In this document: positions 39,859-49,739 of the stretch, piece after piece
How positions within the stretch are numbered: the stretch's first letter is position 1
How the letters are laid out: the number at the start of each line of letters is the position of its first letter
NCBI GenBank assembly: GCA_965209085.1
Contig: OZ242376.1
Location: 1,376,001 to 1,440,000, forward strand
Direction: 5' to 3'
From: Nitrosopumilaceae archaeon
Lineage (GTDB): Archaea > Thermoproteota > Nitrososphaeria > Nitrososphaerales > Nitrosopumilaceae
Length of the DNA: 64,000 nucleotides
Notes under the pieces: model-generated
The model's input: only the letters and a program-made list of their open reading frames with translations
Database searches by the model: none
What the model was told of the DNA's origin: nothing
Made by a program: the position numbers and the translations under genes

Positions 39859-42800
39859 CTAGATTCTCTCCTTTATCATGAGTCTAGGTGCCACTATCAG
39901 ACTCTGCATCTCTTGCAGCAATAGTTTGAATGCATATGCAACTGACACTGAAGAAACTTTTGCCTTGTCTCCGCAAACTTTGCACACGTATTTGCGCTGT
40001 TTTACATCATGATATGCAACAAGACCGCATCTTTCACATACGTAAATGTCAGATTTGTCCGATTCGTCAAGAAGTCTGTCTTTTAGGATCATCGAGGCAC
40101 CGTATGCGATTATGCAGTCACGCTCCATTTCACCAAAACGCAGTCCTCCGCCTCGTGCCCTGCCTTCGGTTGGCTGTTTTGTAAGCATCTGAACCTGACC
40201 TCTGGCCCTTGCGTGTATTTTATCTGCAACCATGTGATGAAGTTTTTGATAGTATACAACTCCGATAAACACCTCTACGGGGAATGGTTTTCCAGTACGT
40301 CCGTCGTACATTATTTCTTTTCCAGAATATTTGAAACCAGTTTCATCCATGATCTTGCGTACCTCTTCCATTTTTTCTCCCACAAATGCAGAACCATCAA
40401 ACTGCGTACCTCGCAATGCTGCAGCCTTGCCGGTAATGGATTCCATAAACATTCCAACGGTCATACGTGATGGAAATGCATGCGGATTTATCAAAACGTC
40501 CGGCGTGATTCCTTCTGCCGTATATGGAAGATCTTCTAATTTTGCCAAAATACCCAATACACCTTTTTGCCCGTGTCTTGCTGCAAATTTATCTCCAATT
40601 TCCGGAGTTCTAACGTCTCGGACCCGGACTTTGTACATTTTACCACCCTCGTTTGATTGTGTCATAACCACAGTATCCACCACGCCTTTTTCAGAAGGTC
40701 GTACGCCAATGGATGTATCACGTCTGTACGGTCCAGTAGAATCCATTTCACGGTATTCTTCCATGAATCGTGGAGGACTGGTTTTGCCAATCAAAATGTC
40801 GCCACCAATTACTGGTGATTCTGATGCTATAATGCCGTCATCTTCCAAGAGCCTGTATAATTTTTCTCCCTTGTATCCCCTTATGTTGGCTTCAGCATTT
40901 GGTATCTCAAATGCATCACGCATTCCACCAGGATACTGTTTTGCCTCTGCATCATATATGCGGTAAAAGAACGTCCGGCCAAGACCGCGGTCAACTGGGG
41001 CCTGACCTATTACAATTGCATCCTCTATGTTGTAGCCATCAAACGGTAACACTGCAACTATGCAATTCTGACCCGCAGGTCTTTCTTCAAGACCCAGCAG
41101 ACCCATTGCCTTTGTGGTAACTATTGGGGTTTGAGGATACAGCATAAGATGCTGTCTCACATACGTGCTAGTATTCATCATCGGTGTTGAGAATCCAAGG
41201 CTCTGTTTTGCCATTGCAGATTCGTATGTGTTTCTTGGAGACTGGTTGTGTTCAGGATAAGGAATGATGGATGCGCCAGCTCCTAGTATTGCAGATGAGA
41301 ATATTTCAAGGTGTGTACGTTTGGATGTTTTCTTTTCATCTAGCGTAATGTAACAATTTTCCTCTTCGTTTGCATCCGTGAGCTCTATTATTCCCATGCG
41401 CAAAAGATCTCTCCAACCCAATAGTTTTTTGGAGATCTTGTCCAGTATATCCGAGGTAAGTAATGAATGACCATCTTTTATGATGATCAACGGTCTCATT
41501 ATGCGACCTGCGTTGCAATTTACATAAAATCTGCTCGTGGCCCCTTCTTTTTCCGGTTTGTGGAAAGAGATTCCAATATGCGGATCTATTTTTGATGAGC
41601 GTCTTAGTGCACGCATTGAATCTGCCAACTGTTGTCCATCTTTTACATATCCAACAAGCTTGCCGTCCACAAATACGCGTGCGCTGTCTTTTTTGTCATC
41701 ATCTTTAGCTTCGGTAAAATGCACGACGCCAAGTTCAAACATTTTTTCCACAATTTCCTGCGATGGAACACTGATGGATATTATTGCAGAAAGTGCAAGA
41801 TTTTTTACAAGACCACAGTTTGATCCTTCAGGAGTTTCACTTGGACATATGCGACCAAAGTGTGTTGCGTGAAGATCACGTGCTTCAAAGTTTGGCTGTG
41901 TTCTGCTAAGAGGAGATTGGATGCGGCGAAGGTGGCTTATTGTTGAGAGATAGTTTGTCCTATCAAGCAGTTGCGTTACTCCAACTCTGCCTCTACCCCA
42001 GTTTCCAGTTGCAATGGCATTGTTGAGTTTGTCCGTGACGATTCCAGGACGAATTGATGCAGATACTGCGTTTATTCCTCTTTTTTGTCCGGATCTTTCC
42101 AGCTGGTATTTCATATCACGTGTCAGATTTCTAAACGCCGTACGGAACAAGTCTGCCAGCATTTGTCCGGCAAATTTTACCACTTTGTTGCCATAATGAT
42201 CTTTGTCGTCCGGCTCTATCCAGCCGCGTTTTAGCTCCAACAGTTTGCATGTTGCTTCTCCAAGAAATTGTGCTTTTTCCCTGCGATTTTCCGGAGTTTT
42301 TCCAAGGTGCGGGAGAAGACCCCAGTCCAAAAGTATTTCAGCACGTTTTATTTGAAATTCTTCTAGCATTCCAGGCGCTATTCTTTTACTGATGTAGACG
42401 ATAGCATCCTTTGATGTAGGTACTTCGCCAGCTTTTTCAAAAGATCCCTCTAGTTCGTTTTGAATCTCATCGTTGAGTGATGTGGAAGATGCAATATCCT
42501 TGTCAGATTCAAGACCAAGTGCTCGCATTAACGTAACCACCGGTATGTCCACAGGTGAACCTGGAATTCTTGCAACAATCAGTCCGTCATTTTTCATAAT
42601 TAGTTCCAGTTTTGCCCTGTATCCAACTATGGACGAGTAAATTTTTGCTTTAAAGACAGGATTGCCTCCCACAGTTTCTTTGTCAACAATTATTTTATTG
42701 TATGAGAGATCTTCCAATCCCACTATTACTCGCTCTGATCCGTTTATGATAAAGTATCCACCAGGATCCAACGGATCCTCGCCGTACTCTATTAGTTTCT

Positions 42801-43206
42801 CATCTTGAAAGCTGTACAGTATGCACGCATTTGATTTTACCATGACCGGAACATCTCCGATATGTATGAATTTTGATTCCAAAGTCTTTCCGTCTTCTAC
42901 GACACTTGCTTCCACCATTACGGGAGCCGCGTATGAGACGTTACGGAGTCTAGCTTCTGCGGGAGCAATGTTTGTGATAGAACCGTCCAGTTCCATCATG
43001 CGAGGTTTTTGCAATTTTATTTTTCCAAGCTGCACTTTGTACGGATATTCTGCGTTTTCAATTTCAATTTGGCTCACTTCCTTGATGATACTTTGCAAAC
43101 CTGATTCTAGAAATTCGTTAAACGAGTTGATGTGCTGTTTTGCAATTCCTTCTTTACGGAGTATGTCCTGTATTATTGGCCAGCGTTTTCCAGATGTATC
43201 TGCCAT
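39859..43206 (-). CDS. rpoB: RNA polymerase subunit B
   Basis: GYFIINGSER, GDKFAARHGQKG, RFGEMERD, Zn ribbon. Confidence 0.98.
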   Translation of the reverse strand: MADTSGKRWPIIQDILRKEGIAKQHINSFNEFLESGLQSIIKEVSQIEIENAEYPYKVQLGKIKLQKPRMMELDGSITNIAPAEARLRNVSYAAPVMVEASVVEDGKTLESKFIHIGDVPVMVKSNACILYSFQDEKLIEYGEDPLDPGGYFIINGSERVIVGLEDLSYNKIIVDKETVGGNPVFKAKIYSSIVGYRAKLELIMKNDGLIVARIPGSPVDIPVVTLMRALGLESDKDIASSTSLNDEIQNELEGSFEKAGEVPTSKDAIVYISKRIAPGMLEEFQIKRAEILLDWGLLPHLGKTPENRREKAQFLGEATCKLLELKRGWIEPDDKDHYGNKVVKFAGQMLADLFRTAFRNLTRDMKYQLERSGQKRGINAVSASIRPGIVTDKLNNAIATGNWGRGRVGVTQLLDRTNYLSTISHLRRIQSPLSRTQPNFEARDLHATHFGRICPSETPEGSNCGLVKNLALSAIISISVPSQEIVEKMFELGVVHFTEAKDDDKKDSARVFVDGKLVGYVKDGQQLADSMRALRRSSKIDPHIGISFHKPEKEGATSRFYVNCNAGRIMRPLIIIKDGHSLLTSDILDKISKKLLGWRDLLRMGIIELTDANEEENCYITLDEKKTSKRTHLEIFSSAILGAGASIIPYPEHNQSPRNTYESAMAKQSLGFSTPMMNTSTYVRQHLMLYPQTPIVTTKAMGLLGLEERPAGQNCIVAVLPFDGYNIEDAIVIGQAPVDRGLGRTFFYRIYDAEAKQYPGGMRDAFEIPNAEANIRGYKGEKLYRLLEDDGIIASESPVIGGDILIGKTSPPRFMEEYREMDSTGPYRRDTSIGVRPSEKGVVDTVVMTQSNEGGKMYKVRVRDVRTPEIGDKFAARHGQKGVLGILAKLEDLPYTAEGITPDVLINPHAFPSRMTVGMFMESITGKAAALRGTQFDGSAFVGEKMEEVRKIMDETGFKYSGKEIMYDGRTGKPFPVEVFIGVVYYQKLHHMVADKIHARARGQVQMLTKQPTEGRARGGGLRFGEMERDCIIAYGASMILKDRLLDESDKSDIYVCERCGLVAYHDVKQRKYVCKVCGDKAKVSSVSVAYAFKLLLQEMQSLIVAPRLMIKERI

Positions 43207-43458
43207 TTAGACTTCCACCACGTATCTATAATATTCTGAAACGCCTGCAGTATGGCTGTCTCGGATCACTCTAATCATGTCTCCAGGTTTTACGCCAAGG
43301 CCAACTATGGCAGGATCATTTGCAAGTATGAGAGGTAGTTCTGTGGGCTGGCAGTGGTATTTTTCCAAAACTGCCAAAGCTTCATCCATGGTCATAAGTT
43401 CGTGTTTTGGTACATAGACATGATCTGGTACAAGTATTGGTATCTTTTTTGTCGCCAA
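43207..43458 (-). CDS. rpoH: RNA polymerase subunit H (Rpo5)
   Basis: HVYVPKHE, LPLI...DP, YYRYVV. Confidence 0.95.
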   Translation of the reverse strand: MATKKIPILVPDHVYVPKHELMTMDEALAVLEKYHCQPTELPLILANDPAIVGLGVKPGDMIRVIRDSHTAGVSEYYRYVVEV

Positions 43459-43726
43459 TCAATACAACTCCAATTCAGAGAACGCAGATTGAATTTTAAC
43501 CCGCAATATGTTAAAAATACATCGAGCGGTTAATATATATCTAGAGGGTTTTTTTAGAATATTTCAAATATTTTGAGTCAATAGAGGTTCTATTAACGGC
43601 TCAAATTCCAGTATCATGGATCATACCGTATTGGCAGATTTTCTCATATATGCAGAGTGTTTATGCGATCAAAAAATGCCTATTATCGGATTAACCATTA
43701 TATACTATCTAGTGGTTATAGATACT

Positions 43727-44557
43727 GTGAAAAATGGTTTTTTTCTTGTTGCATTTACCGCCATTCTTTTGACGGGCACTCTTGCATCCCAAGTATACGG
43801 GCAGTCTTTTCAGATTACCATAGAGACTGACAAGGACATGTACAGTCCAGGTGAGACCATAACTGTCAGCGGCATCATAAACAAGCTTACAAGTAATGAG
43901 GAAATAACCATGCTATTTCGAGAACCAAATGGAAATTTTAATAGTGCAGATCAAATAATTCCAGCAGAGGATAATACATGGTCCACTCAGATCAAACTTT
44001 CACCAAAAGCCAAAGCTGGCATATACACCATTAGTGTATTATATGGCAAATGGGCAAATGAAGCCACATTAACCGTCGGTCAGGGAACCGCTATTGCAGG
44101 AACAGCGATACAAAACATACAACCTGCAATAACACCAGAGGGTACTCTGGTATTTGATTTAGAAGGTACTGGGATCAACTACAAGATAACAGGTGGAAGT
44201 ATAAAATCAATATATCCAGATGTGGATTCTAATTCTCTAATAATAGAGATAGATGCCACAGATAATGGAATGTTGACAATATCACTTCCAAGAGCGGTCA
44301 TAGATTCTGACATTGAGAGTAATCTAAACGGAGATTTTTTCGTTCTAGTTGACAATGAAGAGAATGATTATGAAGAAACAGAAACTACAGAAACATATAG
44401 AACTTTGAACATAGAATTTTACGCAGGTTCTGAAATAATAGAGATAATCGGCACCATGGTGATACCAGAGTTTGGCATTGTAGCAATCGTAGTACTAGCC
44501 GTTTCACTTGTATCCATAATAGCTATAACGTCAAGATCAAAACTGACAAGACTGTAA
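43727..44557 (+). CDS. PEFG-CTERM surface protein 1
   Basis: Signal peptide, Ig-like repeats, C-terminal IPEFG + TM + basic tail; GTG start with TATA 23-29 nt upstream. Confidence 0.88.
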   Translation: MKNGFFLVAFTAILLTGTLASQVYGQSFQITIETDKDMYSPGETITVSGIINKLTSNEEITMLFREPNGNFNSADQIIPAEDNTWSTQIKLSPKAKAGIYTISVLYGKWANEATLTVGQGTAIAGTAIQNIQPAITPEGTLVFDLEGTGINYKITGGSIKSIYPDVDSNSLIIEIDATDNGMLTISLPRAVIDSDIESNLNGDFFVLVDNEENDYEETETTETYRTLNIEFYAGSEIIEIIGTMVIPEFGIVAIVVLAVSLVSIIAITSRSKLTRL

Positions 44558-44574
44558 ATTCTACATTGGAAACT

Positions 44575-45012
44575 TTGTATAAAACACTCATTCGGCATAC
44601 AATGTCACGTTTAACGCATATGTGGATTGCATGCCAAGATGGTGTTTCTAGATACATAACTGCTGTTAGAGTTTTTGAGCATATCATCTAAGAAAACATA
44701 AGATTCCATGGTATGCACAGATTCAAAACTTCTGTACAGATACTCTCGGACAATGGCGCACAATTTACGTCCAAACGGTGCCAAGAGCCCAAAGTCATGG
44801 ATGTCAACGGGCTTTTGAGAACGAATTGTTGCATAGGGGAATCAAGACAATAAACTCAAGACTGCGCCACCTTCAAACTAGCGGTAATCTGAAACGGTTC
44901 TTTCGTACCCTGAAAGAAGAGATGTCATTTTACGGAGATTTGGACAAATTCATCAAATACTAAGGAGCAATTACATTTTTCACTGGACATTGAAAATGGT
45001 TAAACTACACTA
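44575..45012 (+). pseudogene. Decayed IS481-like (rve integrase core) transposase
   Basis: WIACQDGVSRYI...*EN...ILSDNGAQFTS, frameshift, FENELLHRGIK...HLQTSGNLKRFFRTLKEE...KY*; internal stops. Confidence 0.8.
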
Positions 45013-45091
45013 AATGTGCATCAGGACAGGATTCCGTCCAGGACAGACATGATAAATCCTAGAGACTTTTTACGTCAAATCGGCTTGAATG

Positions 45092-45099
45092 TATAAATA
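45092..45099 (+). promoter_or_regulatory. TATA box of PEFG gene 2
   Basis: TATAAATA at -32..-25; same sequence and spacing as upstream of PEFG gene 3. Confidence 0.65.
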
Positions 45100-45123
45100 C
45101 TAGGCATATTAAATTAAACCAAG

Positions 45124-45966
45124 ATGAAGACATACAGAAACGGCGCAATATTAGCAGTTCTAGTTGCCATGATGGTATTTGGAACCGCTTTTAGTTCTGC
45201 AAACGCAGCAACTGGTCTATCAATAAAGCTTGAAACAACCGACGATCAAAAAGTGATGGTGAGTGGATCTACAGGATCATCAGGCGATATAACTATGCAG
45301 ATCATAGGTTCAGATGGTGTTAAAATAATACAATTTGGTCAATTTACTCCAGTGGATTTGACGTATGAAGGTTTTTTCACAGTTGGAGGCTATGATTGGA
45401 TAAAAGATGGAACATATACAGTCAATTTGGCTCAAGGTAAAAGTACTGCCACTGCAAAAATCGCTGTAAAAGATAGCAGTGTTGTAAAATTGTTTGATTT
45501 TGAAGGATCATATGCAATGACAGAGAAAATGGATCAAACAAAAGACCCAACCAAGACTGACACCATGAAGACTGAACTAGGTCTAACCCTCGTGGATATT
45601 TCTGAAGAAGGTGCAGTCATGATAATGATTACAGGTAATACAGACAAATCTGAAGAAGTCACTGTCCAAGTAAGAGCTCCCAATGGTAACATTGTTGGAT
45701 TTGATCAAGTGCCACCAAATGCTGATGGTACGTTTGCCATAAATATGAGAATAGGCGGAGACTTGGGTAAACAGGACGGAATATACACTATTACTGCACA
45801 ACAAGGAGATAAAGCACAGTATATTGACAATGTTGAGGTAGAAATCGTAGATGGCGTCATAATTCCAGAATTTGGTTCTGCAGCAATCATTGTACTTGTA
45901 GTAGCCATAGTATCCATAGTTGCAATTACCTCGCGCTCTAGACTAAGCATACAGCCAAAACTTTAA
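45124..45966 (+). CDS. PEFG-CTERM surface protein 2
   Basis: Signal peptide, two related beta domains (DGTYTV/DGIYTI), IPEFG-TM-RSR tail. Confidence 0.9.
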   Translation: MKTYRNGAILAVLVAMMVFGTAFSSANAATGLSIKLETTDDQKVMVSGSTGSSGDITMQIIGSDGVKIIQFGQFTPVDLTYEGFFTVGGYDWIKDGTYTVNLAQGKSTATAKIAVKDSSVVKLFDFEGSYAMTEKMDQTKDPTKTDTMKTELGLTLVDISEEGAVMIMITGNTDKSEEVTVQVRAPNGNIVGFDQVPPNADGTFAINMRIGGDLGKQDGIYTITAQQGDKAQYIDNVEVEIVDGVIIPEFGSAAIIVLVVAIVSIVAITSRSRLSIQPKL

Positions 45967-45972
45967 CAACAC

Positions 45973-45989
45973 TTTTTCTTTTTATTTTT
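45973..45989 (+). terminator. Oligo-T archaeal terminator
   Basis: TTTTTCTTTTTATTTTT directly after the stop codon. Confidence 0.6.
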
Positions 45990-46028
45990 CGACCACATAT
46001 CGTAAGATATGGTCATTATCAGATCAAC

Positions 46029-46036
46029 TATAAATA
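46029..46036 (+). promoter_or_regulatory. TATA box of PEFG gene 3
   Basis: TATAAATA at -32..-25 from ATG 46061. Confidence 0.65.
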
Positions 46037-46060
46037 TAGTAATATCATCGTTAAATCAAG

Positions 46061-46867
46061 ATGAATATACACATAACATACGCACTGTTGGCAGTATTTG
46101 TTGCAATTCTAATTACTCCAGCATATGGAGAAAGTGCATCCCCAATAACCGTATCCACAGACAGTGATACATATGATCACGAGTCCAAAATATCCGTTAC
46201 TGGAAACGTTGAATCCATAAGATCTGGCATACCGATCACATACAAAGTCACAAGCCCCACTGGTAATATTGTAACAATAGGTCAAAACGAAGTCAATGAT
46301 GATGGAACATTTGCATTTACATTAAACACAAAGGGCAATACTTGGAAATATGACGGCGAATATGTCATACGCGTTCAATACGGCAGCAATATAGACAACT
46401 GGGCGGTTGTAAATTTGGTTGGAGGCGAAATGGTATCAAATACAGTAACACCTCCAGAATCCATACGTGGTGCAGAATGTTCAGATACGTCAATTGCAGT
46501 TGCAGACAATTGCGTTCCATACACGCTTACCAGTGGAGAATTGATCAACACTGTGATTGACGATAATTCGATTACGTTGAACGTAAATACCGAAGATGGT
46601 CCAGGTTCGCTTGAATTATCCGAATTACGTAGTGTTTTGTTAGATACCCATACAGTACTTGTTGACGGTGAACAATGGGACGATGTGATGATTGATGAGA
46701 ACACAGTCACGGTAATGTATCCTGCAGGCACAACAAGTATTATCATATATGCAGCAAAGGTCATTCCAGAATTTGGAACCATAGCAGCAATTGTTTTGGC
46801 CATCGCCATAATGTCGGTTCTTGCAGTAACTGCCAAAACACGACTCGGAATACAACCAAAAATCTAA
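46061..46867 (+). CDS. PEFG-CTERM surface protein 3
   Basis: Signal peptide, ITVSTD..Y, SPTGNIV, IPEFG-TM-basic tail. Confidence 0.9.
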   Translation: MNIHITYALLAVFVAILITPAYGESASPITVSTDSDTYDHESKISVTGNVESIRSGIPITYKVTSPTGNIVTIGQNEVNDDGTFAFTLNTKGNTWKYDGEYVIRVQYGSNIDNWAVVNLVGGEMVSNTVTPPESIRGAECSDTSIAVADNCVPYTLTSGELINTVIDDNSITLNVNTEDGPGSLELSELRSVLLDTHTVLVDGEQWDDVMIDENTVTVMYPAGTTSIIIYAAKVIPEFGTIAAIVLAIAIMSVLAVTAKTRLGIQPKI

Positions 46868-46986
46868 ACCGTATTTTTTATTTTATTTAATATTTGGCTG
46901 CAAATACAGCCTTTGTAATCATATAAGATATATTTTCAGCGCATATTTACAGAAAAGGGTATATAGAATAAAGATTAGTTTTTAAT

Positions 46987-47796
46987 ATGCAGTATTGGGT
47001 TGTTGCTCTTTTGGCCTTTGGGATATTTTCAGGTTATGCATACGGTCAGGAGGTAAAACAGTTGGAAGTGTACACGCCATCTTCAACATATTATGAGGGT
47101 GATGTGCTGATATTGGGCGGCAGTGTGGCCAAAATATTGACAAATGACCCCCCAGTTACCATACAGGTATTTTCACCAACAGATGATGTCGTAGATGTTG
47201 CCCAGATAGACATATCACTTGACGGCAGCTTTGCACATACCATGATTGCGTCTGGACCGCAGTGGTCAAAGACCGGTGAGTATCGGATAGTGGCAAATTA
47301 CGGGGGGGTAAGCGACAATGCGGAATTTCAATTTATTAAAACAGACAAGCGTGAAGAAATAACATCCAATTACGAGGTTGACGCCGGCAATGCTGGCACG
47401 TTTGATGTAGGATATACCATACGCGGAGGATCCGTAGACGAGGTTCTAATCGACACACACGGACTTGCAATCGTATTTTCCATCACAGCGCACGATGCAG
47501 GGGAGATAACAGTAAACATTCCAAAAGAATTTGTCGATGCGCAAGACTCGAATGGTAATTCAATTGATTTCATAGTTCTAGCAGACGATGTACAGGTTTT
47601 GCATACGGAGAGCATCTCTGATGCTGTAAATAGAAAAATTACAGTTCCATTTTCAAAAGATAGTACTGAAATTCGTGTAATTGGAACGCATGCAATACCT
47701 GAATTTGGAGTGGCAACATTAATCATATTTGGTGCCGCAATTTCAGCCATTATTCTGACTCATTTGCGGATGCCTGGATTAAAATCCGTATTTTGA
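46987..47796 (+). CDS. PEFG-CTERM surface protein 4
   Basis: Signal peptide, DGSFAH...GEYRI, IPEFG-TM tail. Confidence 0.9.
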   Translation: MQYWVVALLAFGIFSGYAYGQEVKQLEVYTPSSTYYEGDVLILGGSVAKILTNDPPVTIQVFSPTDDVVDVAQIDISLDGSFAHTMIASGPQWSKTGEYRIVANYGGVSDNAEFQFIKTDKREEITSNYEVDAGNAGTFDVGYTIRGGSVDEVLIDTHGLAIVFSITAHDAGEITVNIPKEFVDAQDSNGNSIDFIVLADDVQVLHTESISDAVNRKITVPFSKDSTEIRVIGTHAIPEFGVATLIIFGAAISAIILTHLRMPGLKSVF

Positions 47797-48933
47797 TTTT
47801 AACGGGGATACTGCACGAAGTTCCTTTACGGCTTTTTTGACAGCATCAACTGTTGTGTCAATCTCTTCTTTGGTGTTAAAGATGCCAAGGCTGAGCCGCA
47901 GAGAGCCTGTTATCTGCTCGTGTGAAAATCCCATCGCCAAAAGAACGTGTGATGCTTTTTGCGTTCTGACAGAACATGCAGAGCCTGTAGATGCGGCTAT
48001 GCCGTACTCGTCCAATTTTATTATCAGATCCTCGCCGTTAACACCAAGGAATGTAAAATGGGCATTGCCACATATTCTCATCTTGGCATCGCCGTTGTAC
48101 GCGGTGTGCGATATCTCCGAGCATATCCTCTCAATCAGCCTGTTTTTCAGAGCCATTATTCGCATGGTATCATCTCCAAGGTTCTCGCGTGCAATCCTGC
48201 ACGCAACACCAAATCCGGCAATGCCAGAAACGTTTTCAGTGCCGGATCGCATGCCATTTTCCTGCCCGCCTCCCAAAATAATCGGATCAAGTTTTACACC
48301 GCGCCGTACATAAAGTGCCCCCACACCTTTGGGGCCGTTTATTTTATGGGAAGATATTGAGAGCAGGTCAGATCCAAGATCCTGGACGTTAACTGGGATT
48401 TTTCCCACAGCCTGCACCGCATCAGTATGAAGCAGTATGTTCTTTTTTTTACATTCCTGCGATATTTCTCTGATGGGCTGTACGGTTCCAACCTCGTTGT
48501 TTGCAAGCATGACTGATACAAGGCGGGTTTTTTCAGTTATTGCATGGGTTATTTTTTGCACATCAATTATGCCTGATTTGTCCGGTGCAACATATGTTAC
48601 GGTGCATTTGGATTTTTCAAGCATTCTGCACGGCTCCAATACGGCATCATGTTCTATGGACGTGGTTACAATATGTCCATTCACATCCGTCATTGCCCCG
48701 CGTATTGCAGTATTGTTTGATTCTGTACCTCCGGATGTAAACAAAATTTCCCCAGGTGAGGCTCCAATCAGTTCGGCAACATATCCGCGCGCAATATTTA
48801 CTATTTTTTCTGCCGCACGCCCGTACCCGTGAATGGACGACGGATTGCCGTATTGTTTACTCAAAACCTGCTGCATCTTGTTCAAAACTTCCTCTCGTAC
48901 CGCAGTGGATGCGGCGTTGTCAAGATAGATCAA
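47779..48933 (-). CDS. iscS: Cysteine desulfurase (IscS/NifS type)
   Basis: YLDNAAST, TSGGTESNN, SSHKINGPKG, STGSAC. Confidence 0.95.
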   Translation of the reverse strand: MIYLDNAASTAVREEVLNKMQQVLSKQYGNPSSIHGYGRAAEKIVNIARGYVAELIGASPGEILFTSGGTESNNTAIRGAMTDVNGHIVTTSIEHDAVLEPCRMLEKSKCTVTYVAPDKSGIIDVQKITHAITEKTRLVSVMLANNEVGTVQPIREISQECKKKNILLHTDAVQAVGKIPVNVQDLGSDLLSISSHKINGPKGVGALYVRRGVKLDPIILGGGQENGMRSGTENVSGIAGFGVACRIARENLGDDTMRIMALKNRLIERICSEISHTAYNGDAKMRICGNAHFTFLGVNGEDLIIKLDEYGIAASTGSACSVRTQKASHVLLAMGFSHEQITGSLRLSLGIFNTKEEIDTTVDAVKKAVKELRAVSPLKSKYGF

Positions 48934-49739
48934 TTCCTCACCGCGTTTGCCCCGCCCTGCACATATCCTCTGCCATCCACTATAACGGACTTGAATCCAA
49001 TCAGACGCAGGGGCCCATCAAGTATCTTTGCAGTATCCAAATTTAAAATCCTCTCCACGTCCTCTTTTCCCACCTCTATTTTGGCAATCCCTCCAATGTC
49101 TCGCACACGCACCTGCCGCGCCCCCGTGGAGTTTTTTACCACAGTCTCGGCAAGCTCTATTCGAATCAGACGCTCTGCTGTAACCTGCGTTCCCCATGGA
49201 ACACGGGATGCAAGACACGAGTTTGACGGCCTATCCCATACTGTCATTGAGAGTTTTTTTGCCTCCCTGCGCACATCTTTTTTGGAAAATTCGCATTCAA
49301 CAAGCGGGCTGCGTATTCCATTTTTTTTCATTGCATCAATTCCAGGCCTGTAATCTCCCAGATCGTCTGTGTTTGTCCCATCAGCTATGACATCAATTTT
49401 CAATTCGGATGCAAGGGATAAAAGCCGTCCTGCCAGTTCCGTTCTGCAGTGGTAGCACCGGTTTTTCCCATTTGCTACAAAGTCAGGATTTTCCAGCTCG
49501 TTATAGTTTATCATCGTATGCTTTATGCCAATCTGTTTGCAGATTGATTTTGCAGAATCCAGCTCGTCCCTTGAGAGCGTCTTATAGTCGGCAGTAACTG
49601 CCACTGCTGCATATCCGAGAGTTTTGTATGCTGCAGATGCTACTAGCGCGCTATCAACGCCTCCTGAAACTGCCACGATGACTCCGTCAAGACCTTTGAA
49701 CCATCCGCAAAGATTTTCAAAGTTTTGCATTTTTTCCAC
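48930..49739 (-). CDS. larE: ATP-dependent sulfur transferase LarE
   Basis: PP-loop SGGVDS, RCYHC, DYRPG, PSNSCLASR, QVRVR. Confidence 0.9.
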   Translation of the reverse strand: MEKMQNFENLCGWFKGLDGVIVAVSGGVDSALVASAAYKTLGYAAVAVTADYKTLSRDELDSAKSICKQIGIKHTMINYNELENPDFVANGKNRCYHCRTELAGRLLSLASELKIDVIADGTNTDDLGDYRPGIDAMKKNGIRSPLVECEFSKKDVRREAKKLSMTVWDRPSNSCLASRVPWGTQVTAERLIRIELAETVVKNSTGARQVRVRDIGGIAKIEVGKEDVERILNLDTAKILDGPLRLIGFKSVIVDGRGYVQGGANAVRN

